Below are positions 9,958 to 18,158 of a stretch of 64,000 bases of DNA, piece by piece. The stretch spans positions 1,664,001 to 1,728,000 of the forward strand of contig CBDEFM010000002.1 of the NCBI GenBank assembly GCA_965237415.1, given 5' to 3'. The first letter of the stretch is position 1. Each line of letters opens with the position of its first letter. A program made the position numbers and the translations under genes. The notes beneath the pieces are model-generated. The model was not told where the DNA came from. It made no database searches and was given only the letters and a program-made list of their open reading frames with translations. The stretch comes from Alphaproteobacteria bacterium (lineage in GTDB: Bacteria > Pseudomonadota > Alphaproteobacteria > UBA828).

Positions 9958-10971
9958 TCAGCCTGCGGCTTGAGCCTTCTTTTCTTCGAGGGCGCGGAGG
10001 ACGACCTCGGGCGTCACCGGAATCTCGGTGATGCGCACATCGAGCGCGTTGTTGATGGCGCTCACGATGGCCGGAATCGGGCCGTTGGTCACCATCTCGC
10101 CCACGCCCTTGCCCCCATAGGGGCCGCTCTCGGCCGGGTATTCCAGCACCTCGCAAGTGACCTCGGGCATCTCCGCCGCCCCGGGCTGCAGGTAGTTCTG
10201 GAAATCGACCGGCGCCGGATCGATCGCCGGATAGCCGGGCGCGGTGGTCTCGTAGAGCGCGTGGCCGATGCCCATCCACGAGCCGCCGACGATCTGGCCC
10301 TTCACGAGGTCGGGGTTCACCTGCTGGCCCACCTCGTAGACGCTCTTCACGTCCAGCACCTCGACCATCCCGGTCTCGGTATCGACCTCGACCTCGACGA
10401 CGGTGCAGGCATGGGCCTGGGTCGAATCGGGATCGCACTCCCCGGTCTCCGGGTCCATCGGGCTCGGCGGCTTGAGATAGGCGCCGCGTCCGGCAATGCT
10501 CTTGCCCTGGGCGAAATGGGCGGCACCGGCGACCTCGCCGACCGAAACGCACTTCTCGGCCACGCCCTTGATGTGGATGTTGCCGTCGCCGTCGGTCTCC
10601 AGATCCTCCGGGCTCGCCTCCAGCAGCTCGCCGGCCACCTCCAGCATCGCCTTGCGCGCCTCCTGCGCCGCCATCACCACCGCATTGCCGGCGCGGTGAG
10701 TGGTGCGGCTCGCGAAGGTGCCGGTGCAGTGGGGGCCGGTGTCGGTATCGGCGGTCTCCACCACGATGCTCTCGTAGGGGACGCCGAGGGCCTCTGCCGC
10801 GATCTGCGCAAGCACGGTGCGGAGCCCCTGGCCCAGGTCGACGCTCGCCATGGTGACGACGAAGTCTCCGGCCGGCGTCATGTGGATCAGCGATTGGGTG
10901 GGATCGCCGCCGAGATGCATCCCGGTCGGATAGTTCACGGCTGCGAAGCCGGTGCCCCTTACCTTGGCCAT
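9958..10971 (-). CDS. Xanthine dehydrogenase family molybdopterin-binding subunit, C-terminal half (NdhM-like)
   Basis: DLGQGLRTVLAQ, GTFASRTT, VEVEVDTETG, GQIVGG, GPYGGKGVGE; start MAKVRG at 10971. Confidence 0.88.
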   Translation of the reverse strand: MAKVRGTGFAAVNYPTGMHLGGDPTQSLIHMTPAGDFVVTMASVDLGQGLRTVLAQIAAEALGVPYESIVVETADTDTGPHCTGTFASRTTHRAGNAVVMAAQEARKAMLEVAGELLEASPEDLETDGDGNIHIKGVAEKCVSVGEVAGAAHFAQGKSIAGRGAYLKPPSPMDPETGECDPDSTQAHACTVVEVEVDTETGMVEVLDVKSVYEVGQQVNPDLVKGQIVGGSWMGIGHALYETTAPGYPAIDPAPVDFQNYLQPGAAEMPEVTCEVLEYPAESGPYGGKGVGEMVTNGPIPAIVSAINNALDVRITEIPVTPEVVLRALEEKKAQAAG

Positions 10972-12317
10972 CAGCTTGCCTTTCTGTCCCAGGAGGTCAT
11001 CGCTTGGTATTCCGCCGGCAGCTCGTGGCCCGCAAGCCGCGCCGCGGCCTGGATGGTCTCCACCATCGCCGCGTCCTCGTTCACCTTGCGATGCGCCCGC
11101 ATGTCGCCGTTGCGGTAGGCGTTGAGCAGCCGGAGCTGCCACGGGTCCATGCCGATGGTCTTGGCGATCTTGTCCATCTGCAGCTCGATGGCGAACGACG
11201 CGGCCATGACGCCGAAGCCCCGCATGGCGCTCGACGGCGGCCGGTTGGTGAAGACCACCCGCGCGTCGACCCACACGTTGGGAATCGTGTAGGGCCCCGG
11301 CATATGGCCGGCGTGCTTCATCGAACCGTAAGAGCTGAAGCGCAGATAGGCGCCGGAATCCTGATATGAGGTGATCTTGCGGGCGACGATGCGCCCGTCG
11401 TTCATCACCCCGTCCTTGACGTAGAGGCGCCAGGCCGAGCGGGTGGAGGACACCTGCATCTCCTCTTCCCGCGTGTACTTGAACTTGACCGGGCGCCCGG
11501 TCCGCATGACGGCCAGCACCGAGATCGGCTCCACCGCCACGTCCACCTTGCCGCCGAAGCCGCCGCCCACGGTGCCGCCGAGGAAGCGCAGCTTGCCCGG
11601 CGCAATCCCAAGGATGGCGGCGGTGTTGTCGCGCGCGAAGTGCACCGCCTGGGTGTTGGTGTGCACCGTGATGCGCCCGTCGCCGCCGGGCTTGGCGATG
11701 CAGCCGTTGGTCTCCATCGGCGCCTGCTCGATGGGGCTGGTCTGGTAGCGGTCCTCGACGATGTGGTCGGCCTCGGCGAAGCCCTCCTCGACATCGCCGA
11801 AGCGGATCTGCGCGGCGCCGTGATCGTCCGGGTAGATGTAGTGGTTGCGCGGCCAGTGGGCGGTCAGCGCCGGCACCGAGCCCGAGATCGCCTCCTCCAC
11901 GTCGAACACGCCGGGCAGCGGGTCGTAGTCCACCTCCACCTTGGCGGCGCCGGCGCGGGCGGCCTCGGCGCTCTCGCCCAGCACGGCGACGATGGGCTCG
12001 CCCCGCCAGCGCACCTTGTCGAAGGCGAGGACGGGCTCGTCCTCGGGCCCGACGCCGACGGCAGCAAGGCCGTTCCACACCTTCTTACCGGGAAGGTCCT
12101 CATGGGTGAGCACGCAGACGACACCGGGGCTTGCCTCCGCCGCGCTGGTGTCCACGCGCGTAATCCGGGCGTGGGGCTCCGCGCTCCGGTGCATCTTGAG
12201 ATGCAGCATGCGCGGGTAATAGTTGTCCTCGTAATAGGTCGTCTGGCCGCGCGTGTGGCTATCGAGGTCGCGCTGTCCGACGTTCCGGCCGACGACGCCG
12301 AGTTCCTTCATCGACAT
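10971..12317 (-). CDS. Xanthine dehydrogenase family molybdopterin-binding subunit, N-terminal half (NdhL-like)
   Basis: VRWRGEPIVAV, EQAPMET, VGGGFGGK, SSAMRGFG. Confidence 0.9.
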   Translation of the reverse strand: MSMKELGVVGRNVGQRDLDSHTRGQTTYYEDNYYPRMLHLKMHRSAEPHARITRVDTSAAEASPGVVCVLTHEDLPGKKVWNGLAAVGVGPEDEPVLAFDKVRWRGEPIVAVLGESAEAARAGAAKVEVDYDPLPGVFDVEEAISGSVPALTAHWPRNHYIYPDDHGAAQIRFGDVEEGFAEADHIVEDRYQTSPIEQAPMETNGCIAKPGGDGRITVHTNTQAVHFARDNTAAILGIAPGKLRFLGGTVGGGFGGKVDVAVEPISVLAVMRTGRPVKFKYTREEEMQVSSTRSAWRLYVKDGVMNDGRIVARKITSYQDSGAYLRFSSYGSMKHAGHMPGPYTIPNVWVDARVVFTNRPPSSAMRGFGVMAASFAIELQMDKIAKTIGMDPWQLRLLNAYRNGDMRAHRKVNEDAAMVETIQAAARLAGHELPAEYQAMTSWDRKAS

Positions 12318-12808
12318 TAGCTCGCCTCCTCCCCGGTATCCGAGAGCACCTGCGCAGCCTGCTGCACGGCGCGGACAATGGGCGCGAACCCGGTGCAGCG
12401 ACAAAGATTGCCCGAGAGCCCCTCCACGATCTCATCGCGGCTGGGCGCAGGATTGCGGTCGAGCAGCGCCTTGGCCGCCATGACCATGCCGGCGGTGCAG
12501 TAGCCGCATTGCGCCGCGTAGTTCTCGACGAAGGCCTGTTGCAGCGGCACGATCGCGTTGGTCTCGTTGAGGCCTTCGAGGGTGGTGACCTCGGCCCATT
12601 CGGCGCGCTCGGCGAGCGTGAGGCAGGAGAGGTGAAGCTCCCCATCCACGAGCACCGAGCAGCTGCCGCAGCCGCCCTGTCCGCAGCCGCTCTTGACCGC
12701 ATTGAGCTGCAGCGAATCCCGCAGCACGTCCTGCAGCGTCGCCAGCGGTTGGATCACCACCGCTTCGTCACGGCCGTTGACCGTGAGGCGTATCAGCTTG
12801 TCTTCCAT
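12317..12808 (-). CDS. Xanthine dehydrogenase family 2Fe-2S subunit
   Basis: GCGQGGCGSCSV..SCL, QCGYCTAG, GNLCRCTG. Confidence 0.95.
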   Translation of the reverse strand: MEDKLIRLTVNGRDEAVVIQPLATLQDVLRDSLQLNAVKSGCGQGGCGSCSVLVDGELHLSCLTLAERAEWAEVTTLEGLNETNAIVPLQQAFVENYAAQCGYCTAGMVMAAKALLDRNPAPSRDEIVEGLSGNLCRCTGFAPIVRAVQQAAQVLSDTGEEAS

Positions 12809-12830
12809 CCTTGCCTCCCGCTCAACGTCG

Positions 12831-13646
12831 TCAGGCGAGCGCCGCCAGCACCCGTCGGACGAACACGCCGGTCATGCGCCGGCGATACCATTCGCTCGCG
12901 ACAGCATCGGTCTGGGGCGTAACGGCGCTCTCGGCCGCCTGGGCCGCCGCCGTCACCGCCGCCTCGTCGAGGCTGGAGCCGATCACCGCCTGCTCCGCTT
13001 CGGCGCAGCGGAAGGGGTGCGCGCTCGCCCCGCTGAGCGCGATCCGCGCGTCGCTCACCGTACCGCCATCCTTTTCCACGCAGGCGGCGACCGTGACCAC
13101 CGACGGGGTCGAATAGCGGCGCCGCGCGCACTTCATGTAGGCGGCGGCGCCTGTCGGCGCGTCGATCTCGATCCGGGTCAGCAAGCCTGTGCGGGGCGGC
13201 GTGCCGTCGGACCAGCCGGCGTAGAAGGCTTCGATCGGTTGGGTCTCCTCGCCGTCGGCAGTCGCGAAGACGAGCCGCGCGCCGAGGGCGAGAAGCGCCG
13301 GCGCGAGATCGCCGAAGGGGGCGCGGGCGAACAGGTTGCCGCCGACCGTCGCCATGTTCTGCACCGCCGGGCCGCCGATCTCGCGGGTCGCGGCCTGGAG
13401 TGCGGCAATCGGCACGGCCTCGCGCAGCACGCTCAGCGGGACCGCGGCGCCGACAGACCAGCCGCCGTCGCGGCTCACCACCCGGTCGAGGCCGAGGCGG
13501 TCCACCCCGATCAAGTAGCCCTCGTCCGACGGATAGGTCTCGCGCATCAGGCTGGTGCCGCCGGCGAGCACTGCCGCCGCGGCACCGTGGCGCGCGATCA
13601 GGTCGGCCGCCTCGTCGATCGAGCCGGGCCGAAGAAACTCTGGCAT
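12831..13646 (-). CDS. Xanthine dehydrogenase family FAD-binding subunit
   Basis: LAGGTSL, IGGPAVQNMATVGGNL, ASEWYRRRM; start MPEFLRP at 13646. Confidence 0.9.
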   Translation of the reverse strand: MPEFLRPGSIDEAADLIARHGAAAAVLAGGTSLMRETYPSDEGYLIGVDRLGLDRVVSRDGGWSVGAAVPLSVLREAVPIAALQAATREIGGPAVQNMATVGGNLFARAPFGDLAPALLALGARLVFATADGEETQPIEAFYAGWSDGTPPRTGLLTRIEIDAPTGAAAYMKCARRRYSTPSVVTVAACVEKDGGTVSDARIALSGASAHPFRCAEAEQAVIGSSLDEAAVTAAAQAAESAVTPQTDAVASEWYRRRMTGVFVRRVLAALA

Positions 13647-13777
13647 GGACGCCGTCCTCCGACCGTTGAAATACCGCCCGCGCCCGTCCGGCCCATGTCG
13701 TGCACCGGCGGCGCGCGGCGCGCATCCTAACGCAGCAACGCTCGGATCACACCCGCATATCCGCGCCGGGTAGTGTC

Positions 13778-14659
13778 TCAGTTTGAAATTTCGCGCTTGC
13801 GGTAGGTCGCAGGCCGCTTGGGCTTCGACGCTCGCGCATCGATCAGCCCGACGATCCACTCCATGTCCCTCAGCGTGTCGGACACGCCAGCGGCCATCGC
13901 GGGCGACATGCGCAGGCTCTTATGCATCCGGCAGAAGTTGTAGTGCACGAAGTAGAGCGACAGCATGTGAAGGTGATTCTCCAGCTTCTTGGAGAAGGCA
14001 TTCGTGAGCCGGGTGAAGCGGCGCATCCCCATCCGCATAGTCAGGTTTGACCGTTCGACGTAGGACGTGCTGACGGCCTCAGGATCGGAACTGCCCTCGA
14101 CCCGGCGCCGCTTCGTCCCGATGCATGTGGCGGGGCTGTAACGCTTCTCAGCGCCCGGCGCCTCGCCGTAGAGCTTGATTAGCTGGGCATAGTCCACATC
14201 GCCACCAAAGGCGCCCTCGACGGCTTCCAGATACGCCTTGTGGCCGTCGGTGGTCAGTTGAACGCGGTTTGCCAGCCGGGCGCGCAGGTCGTCCATGAAC
14301 TCGATAGCCGTGGCGCCTGAGCGGTCGCCAACTTCCCACGAGATGATCAGTTTGGAGTCGGCTTCAATCGCCGTCCACGTCCACACGTCGCCGGCGCCCT
14401 TCGGGGCAGCCTTGGCACGCGCGACGTTCTTTTCCTTCGCGTAGCAGAAGGACCAAATCTCATCGCACTGGACGCGGCTGGCAGACACGTCGCGCACGGC
14501 CTCATCGTGATAGGCCGCGCACGCCTCGCCAGCCTCGACCATGAGCTTGGAGACCGTGTTGATTGAAACGTCCATAACACGACTGACCGAGCGCATGGAC
14601 ATGCCCTCGACCAACATGTTGAGGATTTGGACTCGCTTGTCAGTTGGCAGCCGGTTCAT
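13778..14659 (-). CDS. IS1-family DDE transposase (ISMhu11-like)
   Basis: N-terminal HTH, VQCDEIWSF, QLTTDGHKAY, STSYVERSNLTMRMGMRRFTRLTNAFSKK, HYNFCRMH. Confidence 0.9.
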   Translation of the reverse strand: MNRLPTDKRVQILNMLVEGMSMRSVSRVMDVSINTVSKLMVEAGEACAAYHDEAVRDVSASRVQCDEIWSFCYAKEKNVARAKAAPKGAGDVWTWTAIEADSKLIISWEVGDRSGATAIEFMDDLRARLANRVQLTTDGHKAYLEAVEGAFGGDVDYAQLIKLYGEAPGAEKRYSPATCIGTKRRRVEGSSDPEAVSTSYVERSNLTMRMGMRRFTRLTNAFSKKLENHLHMLSLYFVHYNFCRMHKSLRMSPAMAAGVSDTLRDMEWIVGLIDARASKPKRPATYRKREISN

Positions 14660-14665
14660 ACCCCT

Positions 14666-14694
14666 GATATAGGGGCGTATTCACTTGTTGTCAA
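14666..14694 (-). promoter_or_regulatory. Putative promoter directly upstream of the IS1 transposase (near-leaderless)
   Basis: Minus strand TTGACA-17 bp-TATATC followed by AGGGGT ATG. Confidence 0.45.
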
Positions 14695-14894
14695 GCATTA
14701 CTTTCATCTTGGGGCGGGTTAGGAGCCCTTACCGGAGTTAATTCGACATTGCCATTTCCCAATGGATGAATCGCAATGCGCTCATTCCATGGCATCCCTG
14801 TCTTCTCCCGCACAACCCTTGTTTGGCAAACTGGAATATCCTTCACAGAAAATGCAAACTTCAGCTCGATGTTTATGAAATTTTGAAAAACCAT
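14691..14894 (-). CDS. Hypothetical passenger protein (67 aa)
   Basis: ORF tiled 5 bp after the upstream cargo gene, same strand, AT-richer composition. Confidence 0.5.
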   Translation of the reverse strand: MVFQNFINIELKFAFSVKDIPVCQTRVVREKTGMPWNERIAIHPLGNGNVELTPVRAPNPPQDESNA

Positions 14895-14899
14895 GGGAC

Positions 14900-15172
14900 T
14901 TACTCACCCACATAATAGAAATACAGCTCTCCATCTGCACGCTTAACCGCCACGAACCACCATTCCATGAAATGAAAGGGATACGGCTCATTGGCATGCA
15001 TGAGGTGCGATGAAATCTGTAGCGACTCGCCATTCCCAAGAAAGGGCGATCTTACGGGTGGCACTGCAACGCCTTGATAAGCGCCAACTTCAGAAACCGC
15101 CCAGCCCTGTTGTTGAGACATTGTGGCAAGAACGCCTCGTGTGGTCACAGCGTCTTGCTCCTTCATGAGCAT
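14900..15172 (-). CDS. Hypothetical passenger protein (90 aa)
   Basis: Starts 2 bp after the upstream stop, with GGAGG RBS; aromatic-rich C-terminus. Confidence 0.6.
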   Translation of the reverse strand: MLMKEQDAVTTRGVLATMSQQQGWAVSEVGAYQGVAVPPVRSPFLGNGESLQISSHLMHANEPYPFHFMEWWFVAVKRADGELYFYYVGE

Positions 15173-15174
15173 GG

Positions 15175-15483
15175 CTACTGAACCTCCCCGTCGATGTTGG
15201 ACTCCGGCCCGCCACTGACAGACACTTGCACTTGGTGCCTCACGGCAACTTCTGGATCACCGTCCGCTGTAAATGCTGGATTCCCGTCCTTATCGAGGAC
15301 GCGAAATATCTTGTGAACGACGACTTTGATCCGCACATTATCACCGCTCGCAAGACTATACTCATTCCAGCGCTCTTTATCGGCATCAAACGACTCTTCG
15401 CGGACGTTCCGGGTCTGCCCATCAATTTCCATTTCCCGGATATTATAATTTCGGCTCTTAGGCACGGCTATGCTCCAGGCCAT
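15175..15483 (-). CDS. Hypothetical passenger protein (about 100 aa)
   Basis: Protein-like sequence (ERWNEYSLASGDNVRIKVVVHKIFRV...GDPEVAV) overlapping the upstream gene end. Confidence 0.65.
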   Translation of the reverse strand: MAWSIAVPKSRNYNIREMEIDGQTRNVREESFDADKERWNEYSLASGDNVRIKVVVHKIFRVLDKDGNPAFTADGDPEVAVRHQVQVSVSGGPESNIDGEVQ

Positions 15484-15692
15484 CTGGTAGTTGCGGCCTT
15501 GCGCGCGATCGCGCTGCGCTCATCCGGCGTCAGGGACGCCTGGCGCGCGCGTGCGCCAGCATGGCCGGCTCGCACCTTGTTCGGTTGCTTGTATTGTGTG
15601 TCCTCAATTTCGCCAGTTGCTATCCTGGCGACGTGTACGGCGCACCCAACCACGTCAGCCGGGCGCTTCTCTCCTCGTGGCCCCTTGGGCAC
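15468..15692 (-). CDS. Small basic IS-associated protein (PKGPRGEKRPADV...LTPDERSAIARKAA..RW type)
   Basis: Pattern I recall from small proteins annotated as RNA-binding/histone-like beside IS1/IS1595 transposases; not verified by search. Confidence 0.7.
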   Translation of the reverse strand: MPKGPRGEKRPADVVGCAVHVARIATGEIEDTQYKQPNKVRAGHAGARARQASLTPDERSAIARKAATTRWPGA

Positions 15693-15756
15693 GGCTAGCG
15701 CCGTTCCACGTCGGGCACTCGCTCCACTCTGTTCGCCATGCTCATCTCCGCTCCCC

Positions 15757-15841
15757 CTCTAGGTTCCCTAGGTTCCCCAGGTTCCCCAGGTTCCCCAGGT
15801 TCCCCAGGTTCCCCAGGTTCCCCAGGTTCCCCAGGTTCCCC
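15757..15841. repeat. 9-bp tandem repeat: 7 perfect CCCCAGGTT units plus 2 variant units
   Basis: Directly visible: CTCTAGGTT CCCTAGGTT (CCCCAGGTT)7 CCCC. Confidence 0.97.
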
Positions 15842-16113
15842 GTGTCCCACATGGTATCACAGGATATCCCATGTCAAGCCCAGTCTGGGCCAGCGGACCC
15901 CCAGTGCCCGTTCAAGCATACCGTTTCCCGGCAACCTTATGCCCGTCTCAGATTCTCGCCAGCGGTAAAGCTGGCAAGCGGACGGCACTGGAGCATGACC
16001 GTCAAGGGGCGACCGATTTCAAACTGAGTCACTACCCCGCGCCGACATAGCTGGCGTGCCGCTCTGACCTTGCCGCGCCGCCGGCAGGGCGGCTATCGTC
16101 CGCCGCGCAATCG

Positions 16114-17466
16114 ATGGCGAGGCGCGCTATGGCAACGAGGCCCGACGCGGTCGGCCGGAATCTCGACCTGGAGAGCGCGGTCGACGAGGTGACGGCGCGC
16201 TATGCGGCGGCCAATCCCGGCAGCCGGGCGCAGTACGAGCGCGCACGCGAGAGTATGCCGGGCGGCAACACGCGCACCGGCATGTTCTACCCGCCCTTCC
16301 CGCTCGCGATCGAGAAGGCGGCCGGCGCGACGCTGACCGACGTCGACGACCACACCTACACCGATTTCGTCGGCGACTTCTCTGCCGGTCTCTACGGCCA
16401 TTCTCACCCGGTGATCCGCGAGGCGGTGCAGGCGACGCTGGATTCCGGGATGGCCTATGGCTCGACGAGCCCCTACGAGGCGCGGCTTGCGGCGCTCGTC
16501 TGCGCGCGCTTCCCCTCTATCGAGCAGGTGCGATTCACCACCTCCGGCACCGAGGGCAACATGCTGGCGCTCGTCACCGCCCGTGCGGTGACCGGCAAGG
16601 ACTCGATCATGGTGTTCGAGGGCGCCTATCACGGCGGCACCATCTACTTCGGCCGCGAGGCCGCGCCCATCGTCGTGCCCTTCCCTTTCGTGATCGCCCC
16701 TTACAACGACGCGGAAGAGGCGCGGCGCCTGATCAGGGAGAACGCACACCGCCTCGCCGCGGTTCTGGTCGAGCCGCTCCAGGGCGCATCCGGCGCGATT
16801 CCGGCCTCGGTTGAATTTCTCGCAGCGTTGCGCGAGGCCTGCAGCGCCCACGACGTACTGCTGATCTTCGACGAGGTGATGACCTCGCGGGTCGCGCCGG
16901 ACGGGCGCCAGGGGCAACTCGGCATCGTCCCCGACCTGACCACGCTCGGCAAGTATATCGGCGGCGGCTTCTCCTGCGGTGCCCTCGGCGGCCCCGCGGA
17001 GATCATGAAGTGTTTCGACCCCTCCAGACCCGACTCCTTCGTTCACCACGGCACCTTCAACAACAACGTGTTCATGTTGATCGCCGGCGCCGCGGGCCTG
17101 GAGAAAATCTTCACACCGCCGGTGCAGATTGCGCTGAATGAGGCCGGCGATGCGCTGCGCGACGCCCTCAATGGGCTTGCCGCCCGCCACGGCGCCTCGT
17201 TCCAGGTGACCGGGCTCGGCTCGATCATGACGATGCATTTGCAGCGTGAGCCGATCCGCTCGATCCGCGACATTGCGCCGCGAGATTCACGCCTGCGCCA
17301 GCTCCTGCATCTCGACCTGATCGACAAGGGCTTCTTCACTGCCCGGCGCGGCTACATGGCGCCCTCGCTCGCCATTGCGGGGACGGACTGCGACGGCCTG
17401 ATCGAGGCGGTCGACGAATTCCTGACCCACCACGGCCATCTTCTGGACGCCGCGCCGGACGGATGA
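16114..17466 (+). CDS. Class III aminotransferase, glutamate-1-semialdehyde aminomutase-like
   Basis: MPGGNTR, VRFTTSGTEG, LIFDEVMT, PDLTTLGKYIGGG, HGTFNNN. Confidence 0.9.
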   Translation: MARRAMATRPDAVGRNLDLESAVDEVTARYAAANPGSRAQYERARESMPGGNTRTGMFYPPFPLAIEKAAGATLTDVDDHTYTDFVGDFSAGLYGHSHPVIREAVQATLDSGMAYGSTSPYEARLAALVCARFPSIEQVRFTTSGTEGNMLALVTARAVTGKDSIMVFEGAYHGGTIYFGREAAPIVVPFPFVIAPYNDAEEARRLIRENAHRLAAVLVEPLQGASGAIPASVEFLAALREACSAHDVLLIFDEVMTSRVAPDGRQGQLGIVPDLTTLGKYIGGGFSCGALGGPAEIMKCFDPSRPDSFVHHGTFNNNVFMLIAGAAGLEKIFTPPVQIALNEAGDALRDALNGLAARHGASFQVTGLGSIMTMHLQREPIRSIRDIAPRDSRLRQLLHLDLIDKGFFTARRGYMAPSLAIAGTDCDGLIEAVDEFLTHHGHLLDAAPDG

Positions 17467-17520
17467 CCGATCGGTCCAGGCCGGCGTCCGCCGGTGCCAA
17501 CGCTCAATGAGGGAGAGAGA

Positions 17521-17919
17521 ATGACCGATAACGAACGCCGCAATCTCGCGGTGATTACCGAGGTTTGCGATGCCTTCAACCGGCACGATGTGGAAGGCAT
17601 CCTCCGACACTTCACCGACGATGCGGATTGGTTGCTCTCGCGGGGCACGCCACCGGAGGGCGATCGCGTGCAGGGGATGGAGGCCATCCGCGCCATGCTG
17701 CGGCGGCGCTTCCGCACCATTCCCGACATGGCTTGGGAGATACATAGCCACTGGGTCGGCGGCAACCGGGGCTGCTCGGAGTGGACCGTCTCCGGCACCG
17801 AGACCAACGGCAACAAGATCAAGTGGCTCGGCATCGACGTGTGGGAGCTGAACGACGACGGCAAGGTCGTCACCAAGGACACCTACTGGAAATTCGCGGG
17901 CGACGAGGCGCCGGAATAG
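17521..17919 (+). CDS. SnoaL/NTF2-like protein
   Basis: DAFNRHDVEG, FPD-like IPD, SEWTVSG, KDTYWK; GAGGGAGAGA RBS. Confidence 0.85.
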   Translation: MTDNERRNLAVITEVCDAFNRHDVEGILRHFTDDADWLLSRGTPPEGDRVQGMEAIRAMLRRRFRTIPDMAWEIHSHWVGGNRGCSEWTVSGTETNGNKIKWLGIDVWELNDDGKVVTKDTYWKFAGDEAPE

Positions 17920-17995
17920 TCACCGCGCACTGCTGTTGACAGCGTTCCGGCCGGCTCTCTAAATAAGCATGGCGCAACCGGCGCGGGACGCTGCC

Positions 17996-18088
17996 GGAGG
18001 GATGGCCGAGTGGTCGAAGGCGGCGGTTTGCTAAACCGTTGTACGGTGACAAGCCGTACCGTGGGTTCGAATCCCACTCCCTCCGCCA
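17996..18088 (+). tRNA. tRNA-Ser(GCT)
   Basis: GGAGGGA/TCCCTCC stem, loop TTGCTAA, long variable arm, CCA end; TTGACA at 17936 upstream. Confidence 0.97.
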
Positions 18089-18127
18089 CTTCCTTGTAGT
18101 AATCCATTGTAATAGAACGACAATTAG

Positions 18128-18158
18128 AGGGGGCTTCGGTCGATGCCCCCTATTTTCT
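18128..18158 (+). terminator. Putative intrinsic terminator after tRNA-Ser
   Basis: AGGGGGC...GCCCCCT hairpin followed by ATTTTCT. Confidence 0.5.

Larger units (their letters stand above)
13769..16036 (-). mobile_element. IS1-family element with passenger genes (transporter IS), 2268 bp
   Basis: IRs GGTAGTGTCTCAGTTTGAAAT / ATTTCAAACTGAGTCACTACC; 8-bp TSD CCGCGCCG at 13761-13768 and 16037-16044. Confidence 0.93.

Noticed and set aside
9958-12078. 706-aa ORF as a single large molybdopterin subunit
   Set aside because: The upstream part is an off-frame overlap of the N-half gene; the real start is MAKVRG at 10971.
15757-15841. Repeat array as a CRISPR array
   Set aside because: The units are 9 bp and contiguous, there are no spacers, and no cas genes are in the window.
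15491-16027. Plus-strand ORFs with (FPR)n or collagen-like (GSP)n repeats
   Set aside because: They are by-products of the 9-bp repeat, antisense to the cargo operon, with no protein-like flanks.
16114-17466. Calling this gene hemL
   Set aside because: It is family-like only. The catabolic context and divergent motifs suggest a paralog, so no symbol was given.
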